Below, piece after piece: positions 38,359 to 49,114 of a stretch of DNA of 64,000 nt. The stretch is from positions 32,001-96,000 of IMG/VR virus record IMGVR_UViG_3300014205_000180, one strand, 5' to 3'. A program made the translations under genes and the position numbers. The stretch is from a virus (Duplodnaviria > Caudoviricetes). The notes beneath the pieces were generated by a model. It was not told the origin of the DNA. It worked only from the letters and a program-made list of their open reading frames with translations, and ran no database searches. The first letter of the stretch is position 1. Every line of letters starts with the position of its first letter.

Positions 38359-38538
38359 ATGAATCAAGATTACATCATATGGTATGGACCATATAGTGGA
38401 AAAGATGTTAGAGAATTAGCAAAAAATGAAGAATCTAAAATTTATATAAAGAATCAATTTGAAATGCTTGGTGAATGTCGTTTAAAACAAGCTATAAGAG
38501 AAGCGCTCAAGTACACATCTGATAATTGTCAATCATAA
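38359..38538 (+). CDS. 59-aa protein (below ORF-track cutoff)
   Basis: MNQDYIIWYGPYSGKDVRELAK...; I.YG.Y.GK resembles the FGKYKG small domain. Confidence 0.55.
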   Translation: MNQDYIIWYGPYSGKDVRELAKNEESKIYIKNQFEMLGECRLKQAIREALKYTSDNCQS

Positions 38539-38959
38539 TATCAAATTTTGTTTTAAAATATGACTCTGATTTTAAATAAGCATCACTTTTAAATTCGTTA
38601 AATTTTTCTTCATCAAACTTTGATATTAAAAATTCTGCTTTACATTTATTACATAAAGCCTTTTGTAAAGAGAAGTGATCTGGAGCATAACTTATTGATC
38701 CACATTTAGGGCATCTTGATTCTATATATATTATATTCTTAGGAGCTTCTATTTTAAAGAAAATTGGTATTTCAGATGAAAATTTTTTAGTGATAAATCT
38801 CTGTTCATTTAATATTTCACTATTATTTATAACGTATCGTTGAAATTCTGAATTAACAATTTCTATCGGCTTCATATGAATAAAATGACCTCGCATTTTT
38901 AACGACTTATTTTTATTTTCAGAATGTTCAGATATTAAGCCGTAAAATAGAAAATGCAT
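38507..38959 (-). CDS. Zinc-ribbon hypothetical protein
   Basis: CPKCG...CNKCK. Confidence 0.6.
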   Translation of the reverse strand: MHFLFYGLISEHSENKNKSLKMRGHFIHMKPIEIVNSEFQRYVINNSEILNEQRFITKKFSSEIPIFFKIEAPKNIIYIESRCPKCGSISYAPDHFSLQKALCNKCKAEFLISKFDEEKFNEFKSDAYLKSESYFKTKFDIMIDNYQMCT

Positions 38960-39069
38960 TGGTGGTGTTCTCCGTATTTTGTTAGTTTATCTGATGGGAA
39001 AAAAGAATCAACAATTGATTTAATATCACCTAATAATTAAATACATCGTACAATAGTATTTAAGAAATC

Positions 39070-39708
39070 ATGCCTATACAATTACAAATAGAAAAACTCC
39101 TAGCAACAACTAATTACGATGATTTCTTTAACTTATCAGAAGGTATCAAACTGTCAGACATCCCACTTCAAGATAGTTTATTAATAGCTGATAAAAGAGA
39201 TGAATTAAAAAAACTAAAATATTTTAATGATAATAAAATTCGTTTTACTTATTCTAATGATGAATATGGTGAATTAGCAAAAGAACTGCATAAAGAAATA
39301 GGGATACCAAAATATGCATATCCAGGTGACGCTGGTTTTGATCTTCCGATAGTTTTATCTAGAGAAGACATTAAAAATGGCTCACAAATTATATGGCCAC
39401 ATGAACGAAGCATTCTTTACACTGGGATGATTTTTGAATTTCCAGTTGGATATCATGGAAGGATAATCCATCGTAGCAGTTGTGAAAAGAATTATCGTTT
39501 AAGAGTCATTGAAGGAACAATCGACGATTACAGAGGCCAAGTTTTAATACAAGTTGCTAATCAAAATAGCTGCCAAGTAGTTGTCAGGCATGGCAATAGA
39601 CTAGCACAAATGATAATTTTACCAAATGCTGGTTTTGAAATTGAACAAGCCTTAGAATTACGTCAATCTAAAAGAAGTTCAAGGGGATTCGGCAGTTCAG
39701 GAAAATAA
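39070..39708 (+). CDS. dut: Trimeric dUTPase with N-terminal extension
   Basis: GDAGFDL, HRSS, GTIDDYRG, RLAQMII, RGFGSSG. Confidence 0.92.
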   Translation: MPIQLQIEKLLATTNYDDFFNLSEGIKLSDIPLQDSLLIADKRDELKKLKYFNDNKIRFTYSNDEYGELAKELHKEIGIPKYAYPGDAGFDLPIVLSREDIKNGSQIIWPHERSILYTGMIFEFPVGYHGRIIHRSSCEKNYRLRVIEGTIDDYRGQVLIQVANQNSCQVVVRHGNRLAQMIILPNAGFEIEQALELRQSKRSSRGFGSSGK

Positions 39709-39738
39709 TTTTACATAATTAAGAAAAATAAATAAAAC

Positions 39739-40146
39739 GTGAGCACTAAATGGTTATATATAGGATGTAGACTATCTGAATTGCCGCCTAATTTTTTAAC
39801 TGATTCAAAAAAATTAACTAAAGATGAAATAAAACAAATATTAGAATCGATACCGATAGAAGATGGCTCAGCTTATGCAAATTCAGAAGAAGATTTAGTT
39901 AGAACATTAATAAGTAATGGTATTTTTCCAGTAAAAATAAAACCATATAGCAACCTTGATAATAAAATTTTAAAATTAAAGAAAATTAGAAATATCGCAG
40001 CAAGAAATGAACCGATGAGAAACAATGCTGAAGAAGTTAAAATATTAAATCAATATGAAAAGCCAAAAAAATCAATGTTTTCAGTTATCGTTGTATTAAC
40101 TATAATAGTAACCATAATTGCAATAGTTATAATTTTAATTAGATGA
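39739..40146 (+). CDS. C-terminally anchored membrane protein
   Basis: Hydrophobic C-terminal ~22 aa. Confidence 0.65.
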   Translation: MSTKWLYIGCRLSELPPNFLTDSKKLTKDEIKQILESIPIEDGSAYANSEEDLVRTLISNGIFPVKIKPYSNLDNKILKLKKIRNIAARNEPMRNNAEEVKILNQYEKPKKSMFSVIVVLTIIVTIIAIVIILIR

Positions 40147-43100
40147 ACTTGAACTTGATGAACTTGATGAGCTAGAAACAATCCTGATCTTCAAACCGAG
40201 TGTATGGGCTGCACCAGGACCAGTTTCAGCAATTGACCATCCACTATCAATAAATGTCGGAACATTCTTAGGCAAAAGTGTGCCGTCACCCATCTGTCCA
40301 TCATTGTTTCTACCCCAAGCGTAACGATCACCATTGGTTTTTATACCAACAGCATGATAGAATCCTGCTGTAATTGACGCCCAACCACTGCTAATAAACA
40401 CTGGTACATTAGAATCAGTTCCAAATCCGCTATCGCCCTTCCCTAACTGACCGAATATGTTATAACCCCAAGCATAAAGATCGCCATTTGTTTTTATGCC
40501 AAAGCTGAACTTATCACCTGCTTCAACAACAGCCCAACCACCACTAATAAATACTGGAGTGTAAGAATCACTAAAGCTTCCATCGCCTAATTGACCCTTA
40601 TCGTTAGCACCCCAAGCATAAAGATCACCATCAGAATTAACAGCTAAACTATGCCATTGTCCTCCTGCTGCTGAAATCCAAGTTCCAGGAATTTGTAATG
40701 GCACATTTGAATTATTGATCGTTCCATCGCCTAACGCTCCAAAATCATTACGACCCCAAGCAAAAAGTTCTCCATTAGCATTGATGGCTAAAACATGGTC
40801 CTCGCCTGGGGCAATAATATCCCAGTTGCCGGGAATTTGTATTGGAACACTAGAAGCAATAAATGAACCATTACCTAATTCACCAAAATCATTATTGCCC
40901 CAAGCATAAAGAACACCACCTGGCCTCAAGCCAAAGCTTGAGACATAGCTTGCAAATACTTCTATCCAGCCACCACTAATAAATGTTGGAACAGTCGGTT
41001 GATTACCCATACTAGTAGTACCATTACCATATTGGCCAAACTCATTATAACCCCAAGCGTAAAGATCTCCCTCAGAATTTATAGCTAAACTATGCCAGGA
41101 ACCAGATGCGATAGCGCTCCAATCACCAGAAATAGAAAGTGGTGTACTTGAATTAGTAGTAGTATTATCACCCAATTGGCCTTGTGTATTATTACCCCAA
41201 GAATACAGATCATAAGCTAAAAGACTTATTGGTGGTAAACTACTAGATGAATCATCTGACTGTGAAGATGTTGAGAATGAAGACTGCTGAGATAAAGAAG
41301 ATGAAGAAGATGAAGAATTAGATAATGAATCTAGCTCTCCCATAGCAAGGCAATGTCCATCGCCAGTCTTGATTGATGTCCAGCCACTGCCGACGAAAAC
41401 CGGAACCAATGATGAATCGAAGGTACTATCACCAAACGTGCCAGAACTATTATCGCCCCAAGCCCAGAGATCACCATTGATCTTAATACCAATAGAGAAC
41501 GCATCTCCGCCATCAGCAGATGACCAACCACTGCTAATAAGCAACGGAATATTTGAGTTATTAGTCGTTCCATCGCCAAGCTGACCGTACCAGTTTCCGC
41601 CCCAAGCGTAAAGATCGCCACTAGTTGTAATACCAAAGCTCTGTGGACCACAAGCAACAGCTTTGGCCCAGCCACCACTGATAAATACCGGGACGTTGGA
41701 GTCGGCGTCCACACCATTGCCAAGCTGACCATTGAATCCAGAACCCCAAGCCCAGAGGTCACCGTTCGGTTTTAGACCTAAACTGTGAGCACCACCACCA
41801 GTTGAAACAGATGCCCAACCGCCACTGATAAATACCGGGACGTTGGAGTCGGTGAAAGTTCCATCACCAAGCGATCCGGCAGCGTTTGAACCCCAAGCCC
41901 ATAGATCACCATTTGGTTTTAGACCAAGACTGTGTGCATAGCCTAGCACCAACGTTGACCAATCATAGGGACCCATATTAACCGGTGTCGGCTGATTAGT
42001 GTTAGTTCCATCACCTAACTGACCAACATTATTTTCACCCCAAACATAAAGATTACCGTCAGTCTTAACACCCATTGCGAATGTACCACCAGCGAATACC
42101 TCTACCCAACCACTACTAATAAACACCGGAATATTAGAGGAATCAAATGTTCCATTACCTAACTGACCGCCACTATTATCACCCCATGCCCAAAGATCGC
42201 CATTAGCTTTCAAACCGAGAGAAAAGCTACCGCCAGCAACATAAGTTTCAAATCTGCCTGGACTTGCCGGAACGCTGGAATCAGTATTTGTACCATCACC
42301 AAGTTGACCACCCCAATTAGAACCCCAGGCATAAAGTGGTTCATTTTGTAAAATTGACGAAAATGAAGATAATATCTCGGTAGATTGTGATGATAAAATT
42401 TCAGTGCTAATAGATAACGATGACATTATCTCAGTGCTAAGAGATGATAGCAGTTCGGTAGATAGAGATGATTCGATAGATAAAGATGATTCGGTAGATA
42501 AAGATGATTCGGTAGATAAAGATGATTCGGTAGATGATTCAGTTGACAATGATGATTCAGTAGATGATTCAGTTGACAGTGATAATGAACTAAATGAACT
42601 ACTGCTACTTGACATATTTTGGTCTAATAATGTTACTATGACTGTTGGGCTGATAGTCGTTGTACCCTTAACACCAGCAGTCGAGTAGCCACCGCCCCAT
42701 ATTCCTTCTGGTGGAGTAACCGGTTCAGTTGGCCACTCGATCCAGCATGTCGATGGTGCAGGGTTGGACGTTAACCAATCTGCAATATTCGCATGTCCTA
42801 CCCCTGTATTTGGGTTATAGTTTAAGGAAAACTCACGAGTGAACGACCCAACAACTTGTTGTGTCCTCCAAAAATGAGCATTCGCAACAATCGTATTATA
42901 ACCTTGATATTGAACTACTACGATACCAGGAGTCCATACTGCTGCGCCAGGGTAAGACGAACGCATGACAGTTGTCAAATAATCAATACTTATATCACCA
43001 TAAAGCGCTGACGAACTGCTAATTGATTCAGAAGATACAGTCGATAATGACTCAGAAGACAGTGATGAATTAATTGATTGGAAAGATAACAATGATTCAG

Positions 43101-46100
43101 TAGAGTCAGTCGATAATGATTCAGAAGATAATGTTGATAACGATTGTATAGATAGTGATGAATCAGTTGATTCAGTAGAGTCAGTCGATAATGAGTCAGT
43201 CGATAATGATTCAGAAGATAATGTTGATAACGATTGTATAGATAGTGATGAATCAGTTGATTCAGTAGAGTCAGTCGATAATGATTCAGAAGATAATGTT
43301 GATAACGACTGTGTAGATAATGATGAATCAGTTGATCCAGTAGAGTCAGTCGATAATGATTCAGTAGAGTCAGTCGATAACGATTGTGTAGATAGTGATG
43401 AATAAGTTGATTCAGAAGATAATATCGATAATGATTCGGTAGATGGTGAAGAAATAGTTAATTCAGAAGATGGTGAAGAAATAGTTAATTCAGAAGATGA
43501 TGATCCAGTAGAGTCAGTTGATGATGATGAATCTGATAATGATGATAAATCTGATAATGATGAATCTGATAACAACGAATTAGAAGATGGAGACGAAGTT
43601 AGTGACGTTATTGAAGATTCTGTTGATAAAGAAGATTCTATTGATGCAGTCGATAACATAGATTCTGATGATAAGTATTCATCTATTTTAGCTTCACCAT
43701 TTGTTTCAAGATCAATCCATGTTAATGGGTTTTGCGTTGGATAAACAACTTCGCCATTTTTCATCTCAACATCAGCCCAAACTGTACCTTCTGTTTTCCA
43801 TTTACTGGCCTCAAAAGCAAAAAATGTTCCGCCAGTTCCTAAATCAGCAGGATCTACCCATGCTGGGCCATCAGTAATTAACATTTCTACTGATTCATTA
43901 ATAGCACAGTCTATTCCATAAGTAAACGGATTTGTAAATGGTACTTCGCCACACTTAACATTAGATTGATAGTAATCAACTACTTGTTCAACTCCTTCAC
44001 CTTCTATATAAGAATAATTTCTTATTATTTGTCTAGTAGTTGTTATAATTCCTTTTCTGTAAACTCTCCCATCAATAATATAACCAGTTGGTTCTTCACC
44101 TGGGATTCTTGGATCTTTAGTTATAAATATCAGATCGAGTACATCGTTTATCATTATCCATGATAATTCATATATAATATCATAAGTATCTTTATATCTA
44201 AATGCTCCAGTCTCAGGTAATATGCAATTATCACTATCATTAATGCATAACATATTCTTTATTTCATGATTTGTAAGTCTAGAACAAAGAGACATCTTTT
44301 CTATCAATAATGCAGTAAAATCAAATTCTAGTCTATCTGGAGACTGGTCAAAATTTCCATCTCTATCAAATAAAGAAACATCTTTATCACAGCTAATATC
44401 GCCAGTTTGTTCGCAATTAGCAATTAGACAGTTACAATCAAGTCTGAATGGTTCAACATATTGATAATCTGGTTCATCATTTCTAACGAATAACATTGAT
44501 TGACCAAAGAATCTGGCAGAGGTTTGTAAGGTTCCTAGTGGAATACCTAAGCCAGATGAAATTGCTGATCTATCAATATATCCAGATTCATCAGTTGAAT
44601 CATAACGATAGTTAAAATCAACACTTTCTTCATTTGTTTCTGAAGCATATCCGCCAATAAAATCTTCTTTTGTTTCAGTGCATGCACTATTAAATATTTT
44701 ACCATATTCATCTTCATATGATTTTTTAACAATATCAGTAATAGTAAAATCATCAACTACATATGGATTAACAGTTGTGGTTTGATAAACATTATGAGTT
44801 ATTAATCTGTCATCTCCTGTCGGAATCGAATGATTAGACAGAGAATCGATTTCCTGCTGTATTCCATTACCAATATAGATCAGGTCTTCATAATCCCAAG
44901 TAATAGACTGCTCTACAAACAGGCTGTTAGATTCAACATATTCATATGCCTCAGAATAAGTGTTAAATCCTTTTTCAATAATTGTTCCAGTGTACATTTC
45001 TTCAATGTCAAAATTACTTCCATTGAAATGAATATAAACTGATTTTCCTTCGATCGTTGATAAAACAGCATTTAGCGTATTCTCATAAACACCACATTTT
45101 GAATTTTCATCCCATGGTCTTTTCTTGACTAAATCTTGACCATATGAAATATTCTCATAAGTATAATTATAGTCATTCAATAAATAGCCCATCGTCAAGA
45201 ATCTATGCGATGGGAATCCAAGATGTTCTTTTTCAATATTCAAAGATGCTGGATTTAATGCTAAAGTATTTTGAGAAGTTTCATAATCATAATATGGTCT
45301 AGCACTATAATGTAGAGTGACTTTCTTATTATCGACACATATAAATCTATCACCTAAGAATCCTACATGTTGATGATCACGATCAACTTTAAGTCTATCT
45401 TCCCAATATACGCCATATCCAAGTTTTGGTCCGCATGGAACATTTCTATAAGTTTCTTTTAATGTTGTTTCATTGACAAAAGTCAAAGAATCTTCAACTC
45501 TTCCTTTATAACAGAAATCTGGTTTAGATGGCGATTCTTCACAATATGTTTTTCTATCATCTTCATTATGATCAAAATCAACATTACTTGGCAATACTCT
45601 ATCTTGACCTTCTTTATTTAATCCACAATCTTCACCAATGATATTGCCATGTTCATCGGTTGTTCTTTGATCCTTCCAGCCCTGAAATTCTTTTTCTAAA
45701 CCTTCTAATATGATAGATTTTAAATCAAGATCAGATTTTTTGAACCCTCTATCAGTAGATTCACATTCTTCATAATCAGTTGGAATTATTGCTGGAGGTA
45801 CTTGTAGATCACCTAAATCTGTCCCAGGCTTTAATATATCAGTACCAGATAAACAGAAATCAGTTACATTATAAATCTCATAAATATTAGCTACAAACTT
45901 TATTTTTCTGAGTAAAGAATGAAAAGCTTTTAACTTAAATATGAATGATAACATGTATAACAATAGGTTATAATCTATCGGCTCATTGTTTTTATTAACT
46001 ATTTCAACATCAAACCTGCTAGACCTTGTATTAATTATGTCATCTGGAATAATTATCTTAGTGCGTTCAAAAACTACGAATGCGAATACTTTACCACCAT

Positions 46101-47595
46101 CAATGCTAAGTTCATGATCGAAGTTTAACAATAACGTATTTTCATTATTATTATATGAAATATTAATGTGATTTGCGATTATTTTCTTGCTTATTAAATA
46201 AGTTCCTTTATCAACTAAAACTTTGTTAGATCCTATTAACCCATTGCTAAATGAAGAGTTTAATTCCTCTAATGATTTTGTTGTTATTACTCCATTAAAA
46301 TCAGTTCTTACTATATCATCGTTATAATATTCAAGATCATTCGACAGATTTTTAGAAAAATCAAGGAGCAATTGATGATCAGGAGTATCAGCCTTTACTT
46401 GATAAACATAAATTGCGATATCAACTTTTCTATTTGGGACAAATGTTAAAGGAATTACACCAGCACTAAATCCTTCAGCATCATAGTTAGCTAATGATTG
46501 ATCTACTTGGACAGTTAATTCAGATTCAAGACCATCATTTACACCTAATAATCTATTACCACTCTTATTAGCCCACAGATTTATTATAGTAACGACAAAT
46601 CCGAACATTTCAAACAATTCGTTTATTACTCTTTTTGATCCCTTCAATTTCTGAAGATGAACAGCACGCTTAAGAATTTGTCTTCTTAAATTATCAGAGA
46701 CGCCTGGATAGTTCGGAAGGTCCCAACCGATTAAATATGCTAAATATGGTATAAATACTGCTGGAACAAAATCTATTTGGTTTACACCGTCGAGAAGCTT
46801 TTGTTCATCAAATATGTCTTGGAACAAATCGGCAAACGGTCTATAAAATTCTAACGTTGGATCAGTTAATTCATTGAATCCTTCATAATTAAAATAAAGT
46901 GATGGTGTTCCATGAAACATTGCATGGTGTATATCACCAGGATGATTAACATTTAATATTATGTTAGATATTCCTAAATCAACACCTATGCATCTAATAT
47001 TACCATTTACAGTTGAAATTCTTCTAAAGAATGTTGCTTCCCATACGAAATTATATAATTTCGGCTTTGGTAAGCCATTAACTGGCATTAAAATATTTGA
47101 TAAATCATAATAATAAGCGTCTTTATAATATTCTACTTTTTCAGCTACGGAATTGCCATCTAAAGTATACTCAAAATAGTCTCCAGTTACAGCTTCTGAA
47201 TAATCGATACTAGTGTATATCTCTGCACCATCGACACCAATTGTTTTTCTATAAAATTGAAAACCATCAACCGAAATTCTTCTTTCAGCAAACTGAGTTG
47301 CTGAAACATTTATTTCATATAAAGCATAATCTGGAACTCTGAGATTAGAATTAAATGGTCCAGCAACCTTTGCTTGGTCTGGAGCATCAACAATATAATA
47401 TCTTATCTTTTGAGTTTCTGAATCACCTATGGCTAAATTGTCATCAGTTAATCTATGTCTCTCGATATAAATAACTGGCATCGCATATGGCTTAAAGCCA
47501 GTACGAGCATTATTTAGCGGAAACAGCTTAAAGTATGGATTATTTGATGTTGTCACTACTCTATATATTTGTCGGACTAAAATGAAACAGGACAA
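40135..47595 (-). CDS. Large baseplate wedge/tail protein with Ser-rich linkers and two RCC1-repeat propellers (likely ATG start 47481)
   Basis: P2 gpI-like IPYLAYLIGW...LRRQILKRAVHLQKLKGS; repeated LWAWG.N..GQLGDGT..S..P (RCC1). Confidence 0.85.
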   Translation of the reverse strand: MSCFILVRQIYRVVTTSNNPYFKLFPLNNARTGFKPYAMPVIYIERHRLTDDNLAIGDSETQKIRYYIVDAPDQAKVAGPFNSNLRVPDYALYEINVSATQFAERRISVDGFQFYRKTIGVDGAEIYTSIDYSEAVTGDYFEYTLDGNSVAEKVEYYKDAYYYDLSNILMPVNGLPKPKLYNFVWEATFFRRISTVNGNIRCIGVDLGISNIILNVNHPGDIHHAMFHGTPSLYFNYEGFNELTDPTLEFYRPFADLFQDIFDEQKLLDGVNQIDFVPAVFIPYLAYLIGWDLPNYPGVSDNLRRQILKRAVHLQKLKGSKRVINELFEMFGFVVTIINLWANKSGNRLLGVNDGLESELTVQVDQSLANYDAEGFSAGVIPLTFVPNRKVDIAIYVYQVKADTPDHQLLLDFSKNLSNDLEYYNDDIVRTDFNGVITTKSLEELNSSFSNGLIGSNKVLVDKGTYLISKKIIANHINISYNNNENTLLLNFDHELSIDGGKVFAFVVFERTKIIIPDDIINTRSSRFDVEIVNKNNEPIDYNLLLYMLSFIFKLKAFHSLLRKIKFVANIYEIYNVTDFCLSGTDILKPGTDLGDLQVPPAIIPTDYEECESTDRGFKKSDLDLKSIILEGLEKEFQGWKDQRTTDEHGNIIGEDCGLNKEGQDRVLPSNVDFDHNEDDRKTYCEESPSKPDFCYKGRVEDSLTFVNETTLKETYRNVPCGPKLGYGVYWEDRLKVDRDHQHVGFLGDRFICVDNKKVTLHYSARPYYDYETSQNTLALNPASLNIEKEHLGFPSHRFLTMGYLLNDYNYTYENISYGQDLVKKRPWDENSKCGVYENTLNAVLSTIEGKSVYIHFNGSNFDIEEMYTGTIIEKGFNTYSEAYEYVESNSLFVEQSITWDYEDLIYIGNGIQQEIDSLSNHSIPTGDDRLITHNVYQTTTVNPYVVDDFTITDIVKKSYEDEYGKIFNSACTETKEDFIGGYASETNEESVDFNYRYDSTDESGYIDRSAISSGLGIPLGTLQTSARFFGQSMLFVRNDEPDYQYVEPFRLDCNCLIANCEQTGDISCDKDVSLFDRDGNFDQSPDRLEFDFTALLIEKMSLCSRLTNHEIKNMLCINDSDNCILPETGAFRYKDTYDIIYELSWIMINDVLDLIFITKDPRIPGEEPTGYIIDGRVYRKGIITTTRQIIRNYSYIEGEGVEQVVDYYQSNVKCGEVPFTNPFTYGIDCAINESVEMLITDGPAWVDPADLGTGGTFFAFEASKWKTEGTVWADVEMKNGEVVYPTQNPLTWIDLETNGEAKIDEYLSSESMLSTASIESSLSTESSITSLTSSPSSNSLLSDSSLSDLSSLSDSSSSTDSTGSSSSELTISSPSSELTISSPSTESLSILSSESTYSSLSTQSLSTDSTESLSTDSTGSTDSSLSTQSLSTLSSESLSTDSTESTDSSLSIQSLSTLSSESLSTDSLSTDSTESTDSSLSIQSLSTLSSESLSTDSTESLLSFQSINSSLSSESLSTVSSESISSSSALYGDISIDYLTTVMRSSYPGAAVWTPGIVVVQYQGYNTIVANAHFWRTQQVVGSFTREFSLNYNPNTGVGHANIADWLTSNPAPSTCWIEWPTEPVTPPEGIWGGGYSTAGVKGTTTISPTVIVTLLDQNMSSSSSSFSSLSLSTESSTESSLSTESSTESSLSTESSLSTESSLSIESSLSTELLSSLSTEIMSSLSISTEILSSQSTEILSSFSSILQNEPLYAWGSNWGGQLGDGTNTDSSVPASPGRFETYVAGGSFSLGLKANGDLWAWGDNSGGQLGNGTFDSSNIPVFISSGWVEVFAGGTFAMGVKTDGNLYVWGENNVGQLGDGTNTNQPTPVNMGPYDWSTLVLGYAHSLGLKPNGDLWAWGSNAAGSLGDGTFTDSNVPVFISGGWASVSTGGGAHSLGLKPNGDLWAWGSGFNGQLGNGVDADSNVPVFISGGWAKAVACGPQSFGITTSGDLYAWGGNWYGQLGDGTTNNSNIPLLISSGWSSADGGDAFSIGIKINGDLWAWGDNSSGTFGDSTFDSSLVPVFVGSGWTSIKTGDGHCLAMGELDSLSNSSSSSSSLSQQSSFSTSSQSDDSSSSLPPISLLAYDLYSWGNNTQGQLGDNTTTNSSTPLSISGDWSAIASGSWHSLAINSEGDLYAWGYNEFGQYGNGTTSMGNQPTVPTFISGGWIEVFASYVSSFGLRPGGVLYAWGNNDFGELGNGSFIASSVPIQIPGNWDIIAPGEDHVLAINANGELFAWGRNDFGALGDGTINNSNVPLQIPGTWISAAGGQWHSLAVNSDGDLYAWGANDKGQLGDGSFSDSYTPVFISGGWAVVEAGDKFSFGIKTNGDLYAWGYNIFGQLGKGDSGFGTDSNVPVFISSGWASITAGFYHAVGIKTNGDRYAWGRNNDGQMGDGTLLPKNVPTFIDSGWSIAETGPGAAHTLGLKIRIVSSSSSSSSSSSSN

Positions 47596-48047
47596 TAAAA
47601 TGGACAGTTTTTAATATTAAATATCCCTCTAAAACTTACATCATTAGATGTTGAACCTATCGACTTTAACATGACACCATCTTCAGTATTAAGTGAAAAA
47701 TCAAACTTATACTCTCCATCGTATAACTCATTGACAAATACTATATTTCCAATCATTACGCCACAAATCGTTGCTGAAATTGGAGCTTTTAATCCATTTT
47801 GTTTAGCAAAAGCCATACTCCGATATAACTTTAACGATATATTCTGTTGAAAATTTATATGGCTAACAAATAATACTACTGCATAATAATCTGGAGTTAT
47901 TTCCAGTTTTGATACTGATTTCCACCACCAATTATCTGATTTACCATTTAACAGCTGTAATATGGAGCCAGATTCTGGCTTTCCAAGTATTGCGACACAA
48001 TCTTTTAGAACTCCTAACTGATTAATTTTTATCCTTGACTGATTCAT
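47577..48047 (-). CDS. Hypothetical protein
   Basis: 156-aa ORF. Confidence 0.6.
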   Translation of the reverse strand: MNQSRIKINQLGVLKDCVAILGKPESGSILQLLNGKSDNWWWKSVSKLEITPDYYAVVLFVSHINFQQNISLKLYRSMAFAKQNGLKAPISATICGVMIGNIVFVNELYDGEYKFDFSLNTEDGVMLKSIGSTSNDVSFRGIFNIKNCPFYCPVSF

Positions 48048-48300
48048 ATTTTTTAGTAGCTACCCTCTGGGCATTCCTAAACGATTTTGAATTATCATGT
48101 CTACTTAATGTCTTAAACTTGAACTTTTCACTTAGTATATCTTTAACAATTTTTTCAATACAAACTCCTTTGTATTCATACCAATGCATGATATTATCAC
48201 ATTTGTCAAAATAAAAAGCAATTGATGCAGTAGTCTTATCACTATATAAAATATTAACAATGTCGTATTGTCTATCAAACGAATATTTATCAACCTTCAT
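48022..48300 (-). CDS. Hypothetical protein
   Basis: GGAGG SD inside sigma gene end. Confidence 0.65.
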   Translation of the reverse strand: MKVDKYSFDRQYDIVNILYSDKTTASIAFYFDKCDNIMHWYEYKGVCIEKIVKDILSEKFKFKTLSRHDNSKSFRNAQRVATKKYESVKDKN

Positions 48301-49108
48301 ATAAACCTCCTAACTCATCCTTAAGACGAGTCATTGCACATGTTACAATGGCACAGACTCTTTGCCTGGTTATGCCAATATGGTCAGCAACTTGTGCTTG
48401 TGTCATCGGCATAAGTTTTTCACCATTATATTCAAAACCGTACATTTTACTGATTACTTCACGCTGTCTTGCCGGAAGCTTAAAGACTGAATCCCTAATC
48501 TTGTGACATGCACTAAGATTAAGACCAACTTCCGAAATATATTCAATACTAATAGCATTGCAAACCTGATCTGACATTTCACTAAAAGCATCAATACTAA
48601 CTATTGATGGATCTATACGATGCCCGTTAACTAATTGTTTCTTGATCTTTTGCATGCCGCAACGTCTGCTCTCTTTTGCACCCTTCTGAATTTCACCCCT
48701 GATATAAGAAAAAACACATGTTGAGAATTGAGCCTTTTTAATAGTTGTCTGCCATTTGTGATTACACGAATCACATTCATGATCAAAAGTGCGATCGCTA
48801 GACGGATCAGCAAATCTGTCACTATCCATGATTTCTGGCATTTGCATTTCGTTATCGCATTGAGGGCATGTAATAGTCTCACCAGCAATCGACGGAGGCA
48901 GGTTATCACGAGCTTTAGCCTTACCATAACCAATCCATGCATCAGATACAGCATCGTCAATAGTGTATTTGGGGCTGTTGCCACGCACAGTATTATAAAT
49001 AGAATTAATAGTCGGCCTCAGTTCCTCAAATAATACTTCATCAGAATGGACTAAATGTGGCCTTATGGCTGAACATTTCTCAGGTTTCTGATTTGACTTG
49101 TGGCTCAT
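48290..49108 (-). CDS. Phage sigma-70-family RNA polymerase sigma factor with zinc-ribbon insert
   Basis: Region 2 DDAVSDAWIG..KA / FSTCVFSYIRGEI; region 4 LPARQREVI..MYG...MTQAQVADHIGITRQRV. Confidence 0.85.
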   Translation of the reverse strand: MSHKSNQKPEKCSAIRPHLVHSDEVLFEELRPTINSIYNTVRGNSPKYTIDDAVSDAWIGYGKAKARDNLPPSIAGETITCPQCDNEMQMPEIMDSDRFADPSSDRTFDHECDSCNHKWQTTIKKAQFSTCVFSYIRGEIQKGAKESRRCGMQKIKKQLVNGHRIDPSIVSIDAFSEMSDQVCNAISIEYISEVGLNLSACHKIRDSVFKLPARQREVISKMYGFEYNGEKLMPMTQAQVADHIGITRQRVCAIVTCAMTRLKDELGGLYEG

Positions 49109-49114
49109 AGATCC

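Noticed and set aside
40135-42350. Diversity-generating retroelement acting on RCC1 repeats
   Set aside because: No reverse transcriptase in the window and no template/variable repeat pair with adenine-specific differences seen.
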